64,000 bases of DNA from an uncultured Thermoleophilaceae bacterium (GTDB lineage: Bacteria > Actinomycetota > Thermoleophilia > Solirubrobacterales > Thermoleophilaceae), in the NCBI GenBank assembly GCA_963810745.1, contig CAWEOW010000025.1, positions 649 through 64,648 of the forward strand. The letters are read 5' to 3'. Under the pieces are notes generated by a model, which worked only from the letters and a program-made list of their open reading frames with translations, was not told where the DNA came from and searched no databases. Position numbers and translations under genes: made by a program. This document shows, one piece after another, positions 9,315-16,653 of this stretch; position 1 is the stretch's first letter; the number at the start of each line of letters is the position of its first letter.

Positions 9315-9842
9315 GTGGTCAAGCCCGCGCCGACCGCCGTCCAGGAGAGCGAGTCCACCGTGACCCTCCCGGGCGCGGACGAGAACTACTCCAGCGACGA
9401 GCTCTCCTCGCCCCCGCCGCCGGGCTACCCGGCCACCGAGCCCTCGCAGCCGGCCTCGGGGTCGAGCTACCAGCAGCCCGAGCAGCGGCAGCGTGCTGCT
9501 GCAGCCCCGATAGCCACCTTCGAGGACTTCGAGAAGCTCGACCTGCGGGTCGGGCGCGTCCTCGAGGTCGAGAGCTTTCCCGAGGCCCGCAACCCGGCCT
9601 GGAAGCTGCGCATCGACTTCGGGCCCGAGCTGGGCGAGAAGCGCTCGTCGGCGCAGATCACCCACTACCCGGCCGAGGAGCTGGAGGGCCGGCTGGTCGT
9701 CGGGGTGGTGAACTTCCCGCCGCGCCGCATCGCCGGCTTCAAGAGCGAGGTGCTGGTGCTCGGAGCCCTGGACGACGAGCACGGCGTGGTGCTCCTGCGG
9801 CCCGACCGCGACGACGTGGCGCCCGGCGACCGCATCGGGTGA
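9315..9842 (+). CDS. csaA: CsaA-type tRNA-binding/chaperone OB-fold domain protein with Pro/Ser/Gln-rich N-terminal extension (or C-terminal part of the preceding anti-sigma protein)
   Basis: The last 110 codons (from ATA at 9510) read IATFEDFEKLDLRVGRVLEVESFPEARNPAWKLRIDFGPELGEKRSSAQITHYPAEELEGRLVVGVVNFPPRRIAGFKSEVLVLGA...PGDRIG. This closely resembles Bacillus CsaA (FEKLDIRTG...EFPEAR...SSAQIT...VNFPPRRIAGFKSEVLVLG). The frame is open from 9222 and continues the Pro/Ala/Lys linker of the upstream gene. Confidence 0.75.
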   Translation: MVKPAPTAVQESESTVTLPGADENYSSDELSSPPPPGYPATEPSQPASGSSYQQPEQRQRAAAAPIATFEDFEKLDLRVGRVLEVESFPEARNPAWKLRIDFGPELGEKRSSAQITHYPAEELEGRLVVGVVNFPPRRIAGFKSEVLVLGALDDEHGVVLLRPDRDDVAPGDRIG

Positions 9843-9876
9843 GGTCATCTCCACGCCGGGCGACCGCCACGACCCG

Positions 9877-10409
9877 ATGCCGAGCCTGGCTCGGCTGCCG
9901 GGCTTCCTGTGGCGCAAGCTCGGCCGGGTCGGCCGCGTGGTCGTGGCCCTCCTCGCCCTGGCCCTCCTGGCCGCGGTGATCGCCTCCATCCCCGGTGTGC
10001 GCGATGCCCGGCGCGGCAACGCCGAGCGCGAACGGCGCGAGCGGGTCGAGGCCGCTCAGCGCCGAGAGGCGCGCGAGCGCGAGCTGATCCGCCCACGTCG
10101 GGTGTCCGGCGTGGCCACGACCCCCGCCCTCGAGCGGGCCATCACCGCCGACGTCGTGGCCCGCGAGCGCCGCCGCCCCATGCGGGTCAGCTGCCGGCGC
10201 ATCGCCGGCCGCGGGCGCTACAGCTGCCTCGCGGTGACCTCGGAGGCGGGCTCGACCCGCGGCAACCGCGGCGTGGAGATCGGCTTCCCTACCGGGCGCT
10301 GGTCGACCCCTCCACGGGCCGCGGCGCCATCTGCCGCGCCCTGGGCCGCCCGGGTGAGGGCAGCCTGGGCCGGCTGAAGGTGACCAACCCGGAGGCCTGC
10401 GGCGGCTAG
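9877..10409 (+). CDS. hypothetical membrane-anchored protein, one frame break near 10290
   Basis: ORF 9877..10377 (MPSLARLPGFLWRKLGRVGRVVVALLALALLAAVIASIPGV... TM anchor, Arg/Glu-rich helix, ...RYSCLAVTSEAGSTRGNRGVEIGFP) continues sensibly in ORF 9909..10409 (YRALVDPSTGRGAICRALGRPGEGSLGRLKVTNPEACGG*). Confidence 0.5.
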
Positions 10410-11327
10410 GCCGGCGGTCGGCGCCAGCCCGATCACCTTCAGGCGCCGCTCCAGGGCCTTGACGGCGAAGGCGCGGGTCTCCTCCACCGAGCCGAAGATC
10501 GGCTCCACACCCTCCTCGCGCAGGAAGCGCGGCTCGAGCACGCCGTCGGCCACCGGGCCGGCCTCGCCCAGCGTGCGCATGATCGCCTCGCCGTAGCGCG
10601 GGTCGCGCTGGGCCATGTCGCGCAGGAAGCGCGCGCCGAAGGCCACGTGGCGGTGCTCGTCGCGCGCCACGTTCTGGAAGCCCGCCACGAAGCCCGGCAG
10701 CGTGCCCATCTCCTCGTTGAAGCTGATGATGAAGTGCTGGCCGGTGAGGGCCAGCATCCCCTCGATGACCATGTGGTAGAGCGTCACGGCCTCCACCAGC
10801 GTCTCCAGGTCCTCCGGCTCGGCGGCCAGGCGGTCCACCTTCTGGCCCAGCATCTCGTCGAACAGCTGGCCGAACTCGGGGTTGAGGTGCTCGCTGGTCT
10901 CCTCCAGGCGCCCGTCCAGGTCGCCGGCCTCGAGGATCCCCACCTCGTCGTAGAAGCGGTTGAAGAACGCCACGTGGCGCGCCTCGTCGGCGATCTGGGT
11001 GCAGAGGAAGATCCGCATCTCCTCGTCGGGAGCGGCGCGCATCATCGGCCCCAGCTCCGCGGCCACCCGCTGCTCGCCCACGAAGAACGAGGACAGCCCG
11101 TAGAGGCGCTGGCGGCGCTCGGGGGGCGGGATGCGCTCGTGCCAGTCCACGCGGTCCTGGCTGAAGTCGATGTCCTGGACGCTCCACTGCTGGCGCTCCC
11201 AGAGGCTGTACAGCTGCCCGTAGGAGAGGAGGTTCGCCTCGCCGCGGTCGGCGGCGGCGCTCAGGGCGGGGTCGCTCGTGGCCTGGAAGTCGGAGCGCTC
11301 GGTGCGCTCGCCGGTGGCGTCGGTCAA
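10218..11327 (-). CDS. ferritin-like di-metal protein of the ribonucleotide reductase R2 / R2-like ligand-binding oxidase family
   Basis: Two ExxH metal motifs (QIADEARHVAFF and NVARDEHRHVAFGARFL) plus the helix VIEGMLALTGQHF. The homologous part ends about ...ALERRLKVIGLAPTAG near 10405. The last ~60 codons overlap the convergent gene and look like read-through. Confidence 0.8.
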   Translation of the reverse strand: MTDATGERTERSDFQATSDPALSAAADRGEANLLSYGQLYSLWERQQWSVQDIDFSQDRVDWHERIPPPERRQRLYGLSSFFVGEQRVAAELGPMMRAAPDEEMRIFLCTQIADEARHVAFFNRFYDEVGILEAGDLDGRLEETSEHLNPEFGQLFDEMLGQKVDRLAAEPEDLETLVEAVTLYHMVIEGMLALTGQHFIISFNEEMGTLPGFVAGFQNVARDEHRHVAFGARFLRDMAQRDPRYGEAIMRTLGEAGPVADGVLEPRFLREEGVEPIFGSVEETRAFAVKALERRLKVIGLAPTAGLAAAGLRVGHLQPAQAALTRAAQGAADGAAARGGVDQRPVGKPISTPRLPRVEPASEVTARQL

Positions 11328-11395
11328 GGCTCTTCTCCTCGAGTCGGAAGCTGCTCCCGGGGGGCAGCCTAACCCACGCCTGGCTGGCCGGCCAG

Positions 11396-11923
11396 TCAGG
11401 GACCGGGCTCGGCCGAAGCCTCGATCGAGACGCCTCCCGAGCCGCTCAGCCGCTGGCCGGGCCGCAGCCCGTCCAGCTCGAGCGAGCCGCCGCTGCGCAG
11501 GACCTTCCCGCCGAAGCGGATCGTGTACTTGCGGCCGTCGGCGGAGCGCAGCTCGGCGCGGATCGCCAGGTACGGCGGGACCCTGACGACCTTGGGCGTG
11601 ATCCGCCCGTTGCGCCCGGTGAACATCGCCGGCGAGCGCGCGCCGTCCTCGTCGCCCGCCCCGCCGGGCTGGGACTCGGGGTCCTCGCGCCGGTGCTCGG
11701 CGCCGCCGGGAGGCGCCTCGGCGTCCGACGGCGGCTGGGTGGCGCTTGGGGCCGTGGCGGTGGGCCCGCTGCCGGTGGTCTCACCGCGGGCGGGCGGCTC
11801 CTTGGCGGGCGGCGGCTCGTCGTCGCCCCCGCAGCCCGCGGCCGCAAGGCTCAAGCACACCGCGGCGAGAGCCGAAAAGGTGCTCAGGTGAGGCAGACAT
11901 GCGCGACGCCAGGCCATGGACAC
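11396..11923 (-). CDS. putative lipoprotein, function unknown
   Basis: Signal peptide with lipobox (LSLAAAGCGG), a Pro/Ala/Glu-rich linker and a small C-terminal beta-type domain (ITPKVVRVPPYLAIRAELRSADGRKYTIRFGGKVL). Confidence 0.6.
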   Translation of the reverse strand: MSMAWRRACLPHLSTFSALAAVCLSLAAAGCGGDDEPPPAKEPPARGETTGSGPTATAPSATQPPSDAEAPPGGAEHRREDPESQPGGAGDEDGARSPAMFTGRNGRITPKVVRVPPYLAIRAELRSADGRKYTIRFGGKVLRSGGSLELDGLRPGQRLSGSGGVSIEASAEPGP

Positions 11924-12099
11924 ACGGTAATCGGCTCCTCGGAGTCGACGTCCCGCGTCGCCGCCTCTGGGTCTGTGGCCAGCGGGTCCACCACGGGCTG
12001 ACCGGCGTGCTGCTGGCGGCCGCCGGCACCGCGCTCATGGCCCACGACTGGAAGGACCGGCCGATGTGGTTCGAGCGGGGAGCCGGCAGCCAGCCGTAG
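11899..12099 (+). CDS. possible small membrane protein (66 aa)
   Basis: ATG at 11899 within ORF 11746..12099: MRDARPWTHGNRLLGVDVPRRRLWVCGQRVHHGLTGVLLAAAGTALMAHDWKDRPMWFERGAGSQP. One hydrophobic helix. It overlaps the divergent lipoprotein start by 25 nt, so support is weak. Confidence 0.3.
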   Translation: MRDARPWTHGNRLLGVDVPRRRLWVCGQRVHHGLTGVLLAAAGTALMAHDWKDRPMWFERGAGSQP

Positions 12100-12101
12100 C
12101 G

Positions 12102-12789
12102 CTAGTTGCGGCTGAGGTGCCGCTTGAAGAAGTCCACCGTGCCCTCCCACGCCTTCTTGGCGTGGCCCTCGTGGTAGGTGCCCAGCCGGTTGTGGTCGTT
12201 GGCGAACGCGTGGCCCGCGCCCTCGTAGAACACGAACTCGACGTCGTGGTCGGTGGCCGCGTCGATCTCCTGCTCGAGCGCCTTGGCGTCCTCGACCGGC
12301 ACGAAGTCGTCGGAGTCGCCGAAATGGCCGAGCACCGGGGCGTCGATGTTCGAGAAGTCGGGCTTGCCGTGGGGCATCACGTAGTAGTAGGTCACGACCG
12401 CGTCGACCTTCGGGTTTGCCGCTGCCGGCCCACACCGCCAGGCCGCCGCCCATGCAGAAGCCCACCGCGCCGATGCCCGAGCCGTCGTAGGCGTCCTGCT
12501 CGGAGACGAAGTCGACCGCCCCGCGCAGCTCCTTCTCGGTCTCGTCCATGTTCATGGCCATCAGCTTCTGCTGGGCCTCGTCGGGCTGCTCGGTGGTCTC
12601 GCCGTGGTAGAGGTCGGGCGCCAGGGCGACGAAACCCTCCTCGGCGAAGGCGTCGGCCAGCTTGGTGACGCTGCTGTCCAGCCCCCACCACTCGTGCAGC
12701 ACCACGACGCCGGGCCCGCTGCCCGACTCGGGCAGGGCGAGGTAGCCGGTGCCGCTCCCCCCATTGGCCTTGAACTCAACCTCGGGCAT
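12102..12789 (-). CDS. dienelactone hydrolase family protein, one frame break near 12410
   Basis: ORF 11884..12789 N-terminal part reads MPEVEFKANGGSGTGYLALPESGSGPGVVVLHEWWGLDSSVTKLADAFAEEGFVALAPDLYHG...GAVGFCMGGGLAVWA. ORF 12102..12395 supplies the C-terminal part (TYYYVMPHGKPDFSNIDAPVLGHFGDSDDFVPVEDAKALEQ...YEGAGHAFAND...). Cys nucleophile and His motifs are present. Confidence 0.8.
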
Positions 12790-12792
12790 TCA

Positions 12793-13116
12793 TCACTCCT
12801 TGTCGTCGTTCAGCTCGCGAGCGAGCTCCCATCCCACTGCAACCCCTACCAGCATTCCCATGCGCGTCTCCTCGGCGAGCAGCGTGCGGATGGCCACCGC
12901 GCGCTCGCCCGGGTCCTCGGCGCTCGCCGCCTGGCGGATCTGGTTCTCGTGCGCCGAGCCGAACCAGCCGCCTTCGTTCAGGGCCTCGTTGAGGACGCGC
13001 TGGAGCTGCGGCGCCACGCGCGCCACGCGCTGCTCGGCCTCGCGAAAGCGACCGGGCTCCGACAGCGCCTCCAGGGCGGCCTCCACCTCGGCGTCGCTGA
13101 AGGGGGCCTCGGACAT
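12793..13116 (-). CDS. hypothetical protein (107 aa), co-oriented between the rhomboid-like gene and the dienelactone hydrolase
   Basis: Clean ORF with tight spacing. ATG directly abuts the stop of the upstream gene, and its stop is 3 nt before the next start. I recognise no motif. Confidence 0.6.
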   Translation of the reverse strand: MSEAPFSDAEVEAALEALSEPGRFREAEQRVARVAPQLQRVLNEALNEGGWFGSAHENQIRQAASAEDPGERAVAIRTLLAEETRMGMLVGVAVGWELARELNDDKE

Positions 13117-13905
13117 TCAGCTGCGCGCCAGGGGCCGCAGCAGCAGGCCGAGGATCGCGCCCGCGACGGCGCCGCCCACCGCGGCGGCCAGGTTGGCCTC
13201 CTCGACGGGGAGCGACAGGAGCAGCAGCACCGCGGCGGCCACCGCCACGCCCAGCATGTCGGCTTCGCGGTGGGCGCCGCGGCGGGTCGCCAGGCGGTTG
13301 TCGACCAGCCAGGCCGTGAGCAGGCCCAGCGCGGCGCCGTTGGCGCCGAACACGAACGCCGGGACGTCGCCGGTCACGACCTCCGGCCCCGCAACGGTGG
13401 CAAGGGCGGAGCCCGCCGTGCCCGCGAGCAGGAAGACCAGCACGGGCACCACGGGCCCGAAGCGGCGCTCGAGCAGGGTCCCGAAGACGCCCACCGCGAG
13501 CAGCGCGACGAACGCGTAGGCCAGGCGGTCGGCGAAGACGAACGGAGCGGTGACGAAGCGCCAGGGCGCCTCGTCGGCGTCGAGGTTGATGGCGCCCAGG
13601 TCGGTGGGCTCGATGTCGATCGCGGAGAGCACCAGCAGGACCAGGCAGGCCCCGACGAGCAGAGCGGTGCCGTAGGGCCGGCGGTCGGGCGCGATGCCCT
13701 CTATCTCCTCGGGGCGTAGGCGCGACAGGCGTGGGCTCGCGCGCCGGCGCCGGCGGGGCTTGGCCTCCTCCTCGGGCGTGCCCGGGCGGTCCAGCTTCGG
13801 CGCCCGCTTCCGCACCCGCTGGCCGCAGTAGGGGCACTCGGTCACGTACGGGCTGACCTCCGAGCCACAGTTCTTGCAGACGACGAACAGGTCGGGCTGG
13901 CTCAC
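13117..13905 (-). CDS. rhomboid-family membrane protein with N-terminal zinc ribbon; catalytic Ser/His apparently replaced (pseudoprotease)
   Basis: Zn-ribbon CKNCGSEVSPYVTECPYCG is followed by a rhomboid core: APWRFVTAPFVFAD, LLERRFG, FVFGANGAALGLL (GxSG position reads GANG) and NLAAAVGGAVAG (AHxGG position reads AAVGG). Confidence 0.8.
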   Translation of the reverse strand: MSQPDLFVVCKNCGSEVSPYVTECPYCGQRVRKRAPKLDRPGTPEEEAKPRRRRRASPRLSRLRPEEIEGIAPDRRPYGTALLVGACLVLLVLSAIDIEPTDLGAINLDADEAPWRFVTAPFVFADRLAYAFVALLAVGVFGTLLERRFGPVVPVLVFLLAGTAGSALATVAGPEVVTGDVPAFVFGANGAALGLLTAWLVDNRLATRRGAHREADMLGVAVAAAVLLLLSLPVEEANLAAAVGGAVAGAILGLLLRPLARS

Positions 13906-13930
13906 CGACTCTGAGATTACCCGGAGCTTC

Positions 13931-15067
13931 CTAGCCGTCGGGGCGGCCTGGCACGTCCGGCACGGTGGCCTCGACGATCTCCCGGGTGACCTCCGAGAGG
14001 TCGTGATTGGCCTCGTAGACCACGATCTGGCGGCGGGCCCCGGTGCCGTTGTCCAGCAGGTCCTCCAGGGCGTCCAGCTCGGTGCCGGCCCCCAGATCCT
14101 GAGCGCGCCCGCGCAGGCGGTCGATCAGGCGGCGGGCCAGCTCACGGGTGGGTACCCGGTCGCGCGAGGGCAGGTCCACCAGCTCGCCCTCGAGGCCGTG
14201 GCGAGCGGCCAGCCACTTGTTCTCGTCGAGCATCTCGTAGGGGTAGCGGGAGAGCTGCTGCCCGCTGTCGTAGTGCTCGGCCAGCTCGTGGACCATCGCC
14301 TGGGTCAGCGCGGCCAGGCCCAGCGTGTGCTCCACGCGCGTCTGGGCGTCCATGACCCGGATCTCCACCGTGCCGAAGCGGGGGTGCGGGCGGACGTCGT
14401 ACCAGAGGTAGGTGTAGTCGGGCACCACGCGGCTGTCGACCATGAACTGCACGCGGCGCGACCAGTCCTCGAAGTCGTCGTAGCGGGGCGGGATCCCCAC
14501 GCGTGGGAAGGCGCGGAAGATCGGCGTGCGGCTGGAGAGCAGCCCGGTGGCCTGGGCCCGCCAGTAGGGCGAGTTGGCCGACAGCGCCAGCAGGAGCGGC
14601 AGGTGGACGCGCATCCCGTTGGTCACGTGGATGGCCTTGTCGGGGTCGTCGAGCCCGATGTGGACGTGGATCCCGAAGATGATCTCCTGCCGCGCGACGA
14701 ACTGGAGGCCGGCCACCAGCTCCCGGTAGCGCGGCCGCGAGACGATCCGCTGCTCCTCCCACAGCGCGAAGGGGTGGGTGCCCGCGGAGCCCACGGCGAG
14801 GCCGAGGTCCGAGGCCACGGCCTGAACCGTCCGCCGCAGTCCGCGCAGCTGGGCCCCCGCCTCGGCGACGCCGTTGCAGGGGCTGGTGGCGATCTCGCAG
14901 ACCGACTCCATGAGCTCCGGTTTGACGTCGCCGGCGACCCCGGTCTCGCGCAGCGCCTCGAGCAGCGCCTCGATCGAGTTGGAGAGGTCGAGCGTCTCCG
15001 CGTCGACGATCATCAGCTCCTCCTCGATGCCGATCGTGAAGGGTCGCCCCGAGAAGGAGTGCTCCAC
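13931..15067 (-). CDS. ybdK: carboxylate-amine ligase, YbdK / glutamate-cysteine ligase family 2
   Basis: ORF 13931..15199 trimmed to GTG 15067. (M)EHSFSGRPFTIGIEEELMIVDAETL...IFGIHVHIGLDDPDKAIHVTN...LLALSANSPYW...YTYLWYDVRPHPRFGTVEIRVMDAQ are typical GCS2 motifs. Confidence 0.85.
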   Translation of the reverse strand: MEHSFSGRPFTIGIEEELMIVDAETLDLSNSIEALLEALRETGVAGDVKPELMESVCEIATSPCNGVAEAGAQLRGLRRTVQAVASDLGLAVGSAGTHPFALWEEQRIVSRPRYRELVAGLQFVARQEIIFGIHVHIGLDDPDKAIHVTNGMRVHLPLLLALSANSPYWRAQATGLLSSRTPIFRAFPRVGIPPRYDDFEDWSRRVQFMVDSRVVPDYTYLWYDVRPHPRFGTVEIRVMDAQTRVEHTLGLAALTQAMVHELAEHYDSGQQLSRYPYEMLDENKWLAARHGLEGELVDLPSRDRVPTRELARRLIDRLRGRAQDLGAGTELDALEDLLDNGTGARRQIVVYEANHDLSEVTREIVEATVPDVPGRPDG

Positions 15068-15090
15068 AAACGGCAGGATATGCTCGCCCC

Positions 15091-16017
15091 ATGACACTCG
15101 GGTACGACGGCAAGCTCTACATCCTCGCGTTCGACCATCGCGGGTCGTTCCAGAAGAAGATGTTCGGGATCGAGGGCGATCCCGATGAGGAGCAGACAAA
15201 GACCATCGCGGACGCCAAGCACCTCATCTTCGAGGGCATGCTGAAGGCCGACGAGAAGGGCCTGGACCCCGAGGTCACCGGGACGCTCGTGGACGAGCAG
15301 TTCGGGGGCGACATCCCCCAGCAGGCGAAGGAGAAGGGCCTGCTGCTCGCCATGCCCGTGGAGAAGTCCGGCCAGAACGAGTTCGACTTCCAGTACGGCG
15401 ACGAGTTCGGCGATCACATCGAGCAGTTCGATCCCGACTTCGCCAAGGTGCTGGTCCGCTACAACCCCGACGGCGACCAGGAGATGAACCAGCGCCAGGC
15501 CGAGCGCCTGAAGCGCCTCTCCGACTGGCTCCACGAGAACGACCGCAAGTTCCTCTTCGAGCTGCTGGTCCCCGCCGAGGACGCCCAGCTGGAGCAGGTC
15601 GACGGCGACGCCGACCGCTACGACAGCGAGCTGCGCCCCGAGTTGATGCAGCGCGCCATCACCGACCTCCAGGACGCCGGCGTGGAGGCCGACATCTGGA
15701 AGATCGAGGGCATCGACACCGCTGAGGACTGCGAGAAGATCGCCCAGACCACCCGCCGCGACGGTCGCGACGGCGTGATCTGCGTGGTCCTGGGCCGCGG
15801 GGCCGACGACGAGAAGGTCGAGCACTGGCTGCGCCAGGGCGCGGGCGTCGAGGGCTACGCGGGCTTCGCCATCGGCCGCACGATCTGGTGGGACGCCCTC
15901 AAGGGCTTCCTGGACAACGAGATCCCGCGCGACGAGGCCGCCGAGCAGATCGCCGACAACTACCTGCGCTTCGTGCGCGTCTACAACGAGGCCGCCAAGG
16001 AGGCAGCGCCCGCCTGA
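15091..16017 (+). CDS. DUF2090 protein (2-deoxy-5-keto-D-gluconate-6-phosphate aldolase-like domain)
   Basis: MTLGYDGKLYILAFDHRGSFQKKMFG...FDFQYGDEFGDHIEQFDPDFAKVLVRYNPDGD...NQRQAERLKRLSDWLHENDRKFLFELLVP...DIWKIEG...VVLGRGADDEKVEHWL...GFAIGRTIWWD matches the DUF2090 family usually found fused to or beside IolC. Confidence 0.85.
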   Translation: MTLGYDGKLYILAFDHRGSFQKKMFGIEGDPDEEQTKTIADAKHLIFEGMLKADEKGLDPEVTGTLVDEQFGGDIPQQAKEKGLLLAMPVEKSGQNEFDFQYGDEFGDHIEQFDPDFAKVLVRYNPDGDQEMNQRQAERLKRLSDWLHENDRKFLFELLVPAEDAQLEQVDGDADRYDSELRPELMQRAITDLQDAGVEADIWKIEGIDTAEDCEKIAQTTRRDGRDGVICVVLGRGADDEKVEHWLRQGAGVEGYAGFAIGRTIWWDALKGFLDNEIPRDEAAEQIADNYLRFVRVYNEAAKEAAPA

Positions 16018-16077
16018 GCGCTGCCCCCGCCGGGCCCCGCGGGGCCCGGCCGGAGCCGATAACGCTGGTAACGTCCC

Positions 16078-16326
16078 GTGCCGCTCATGCGGATGCGGCA
16101 ATCACTGGCTCAGTTCGAAGAGGCCTTCCGCGAGGAGGCCGAAGAGTCGGTCGTCCGGCGCGAGAGCCTGCGCCATCAGGCGGCTCAGCGCTCGCGCACC
16201 CGGCGGGTCGAGCGGCGCGAGCGTGCGGGCACGATGCGCTTCGTCGGCCTCTGCGCCGCGATCATCCTCACGGCAGTGCTCGTGACCTTCGTGATGTTCG
16301 AAGTGCTCGCCTACGTGGCGGGCTAA
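16078..16326 (+). CDS. hypothetical small membrane protein (82 aa)
   Basis: A charged N-terminal half, then one TM helix ([28 protein letters not shown]). Its stop overlaps the csrA stop by 4 nt (convergent). Confidence 0.45.
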   Translation: MPLMRMRQSLAQFEEAFREEAEESVVRRESLRHQAAQRSRTRRVERRERAGTMRFVGLCAAIILTAVLVTFVMFEVLAYVAG

Positions 16327-16550
16327 GACTCGGTCAGCTTCCGCAGCGCCTCGTCGACGGGCTCGCCCTCCGCGTCCTCGGCCGCCTGGTCCTGCTGGAT
16401 CTCCAGGTAGACCTCTTTGCGGAAGACGGGAACGGATCGAGGCGCCTCGATCCCGATGCGGACCTTTTCGCCCATGATGGCGAGCACCGAGATCTCGATG
16501 TCGTCACCGATCATGATGCTTTGGTTCGACTTCCTCGTGAGTACGAGCAC
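16323..16550 (-). CDS. csrA: carbon storage regulator CsrA (RNA-binding translational regulator)
   Basis: (M)[50 protein letters not shown] is the canonical CsrA/RsmA fold sequence. GTG start with GGAGG 6 nt upstream. Confidence 0.9.
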   Translation of the reverse strand: MLVLTRKSNQSIMIGDDIEISVLAIMGEKVRIGIEAPRSVPVFRKEVYLEIQQDQAAEDAEGEPVDEALRKLTES

Positions 16551-16559
16551 GGGGCGCCT

Positions 16560-16591
16560 CCTGCCCTTGCCTGCCCTGCCCTAGCCTGCCC
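16560..16591 (-). repeat. four copies of GGGCAGG (plus-strand CCTGCCC) in the csrA leader, the last merging with the Shine-Dalgarno (GGGCAGGAGG)
   Basis: Plus strand 16551-16598 is GGGGCGCCTCCTGCCCTTGCCTGCCCTGCCCTAGCCTGCCCTTTCTGC. CCTGCCC occurs at 16560, 16570, 16575 and 16585. Confidence 0.6.
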
Positions 16592-16653
16592 TTTCTGCAT
16601 CAAATCAGAACGCGCCGTCGAGCACCACTTGCGTTGCTAGTCTGGCGCGCTCT

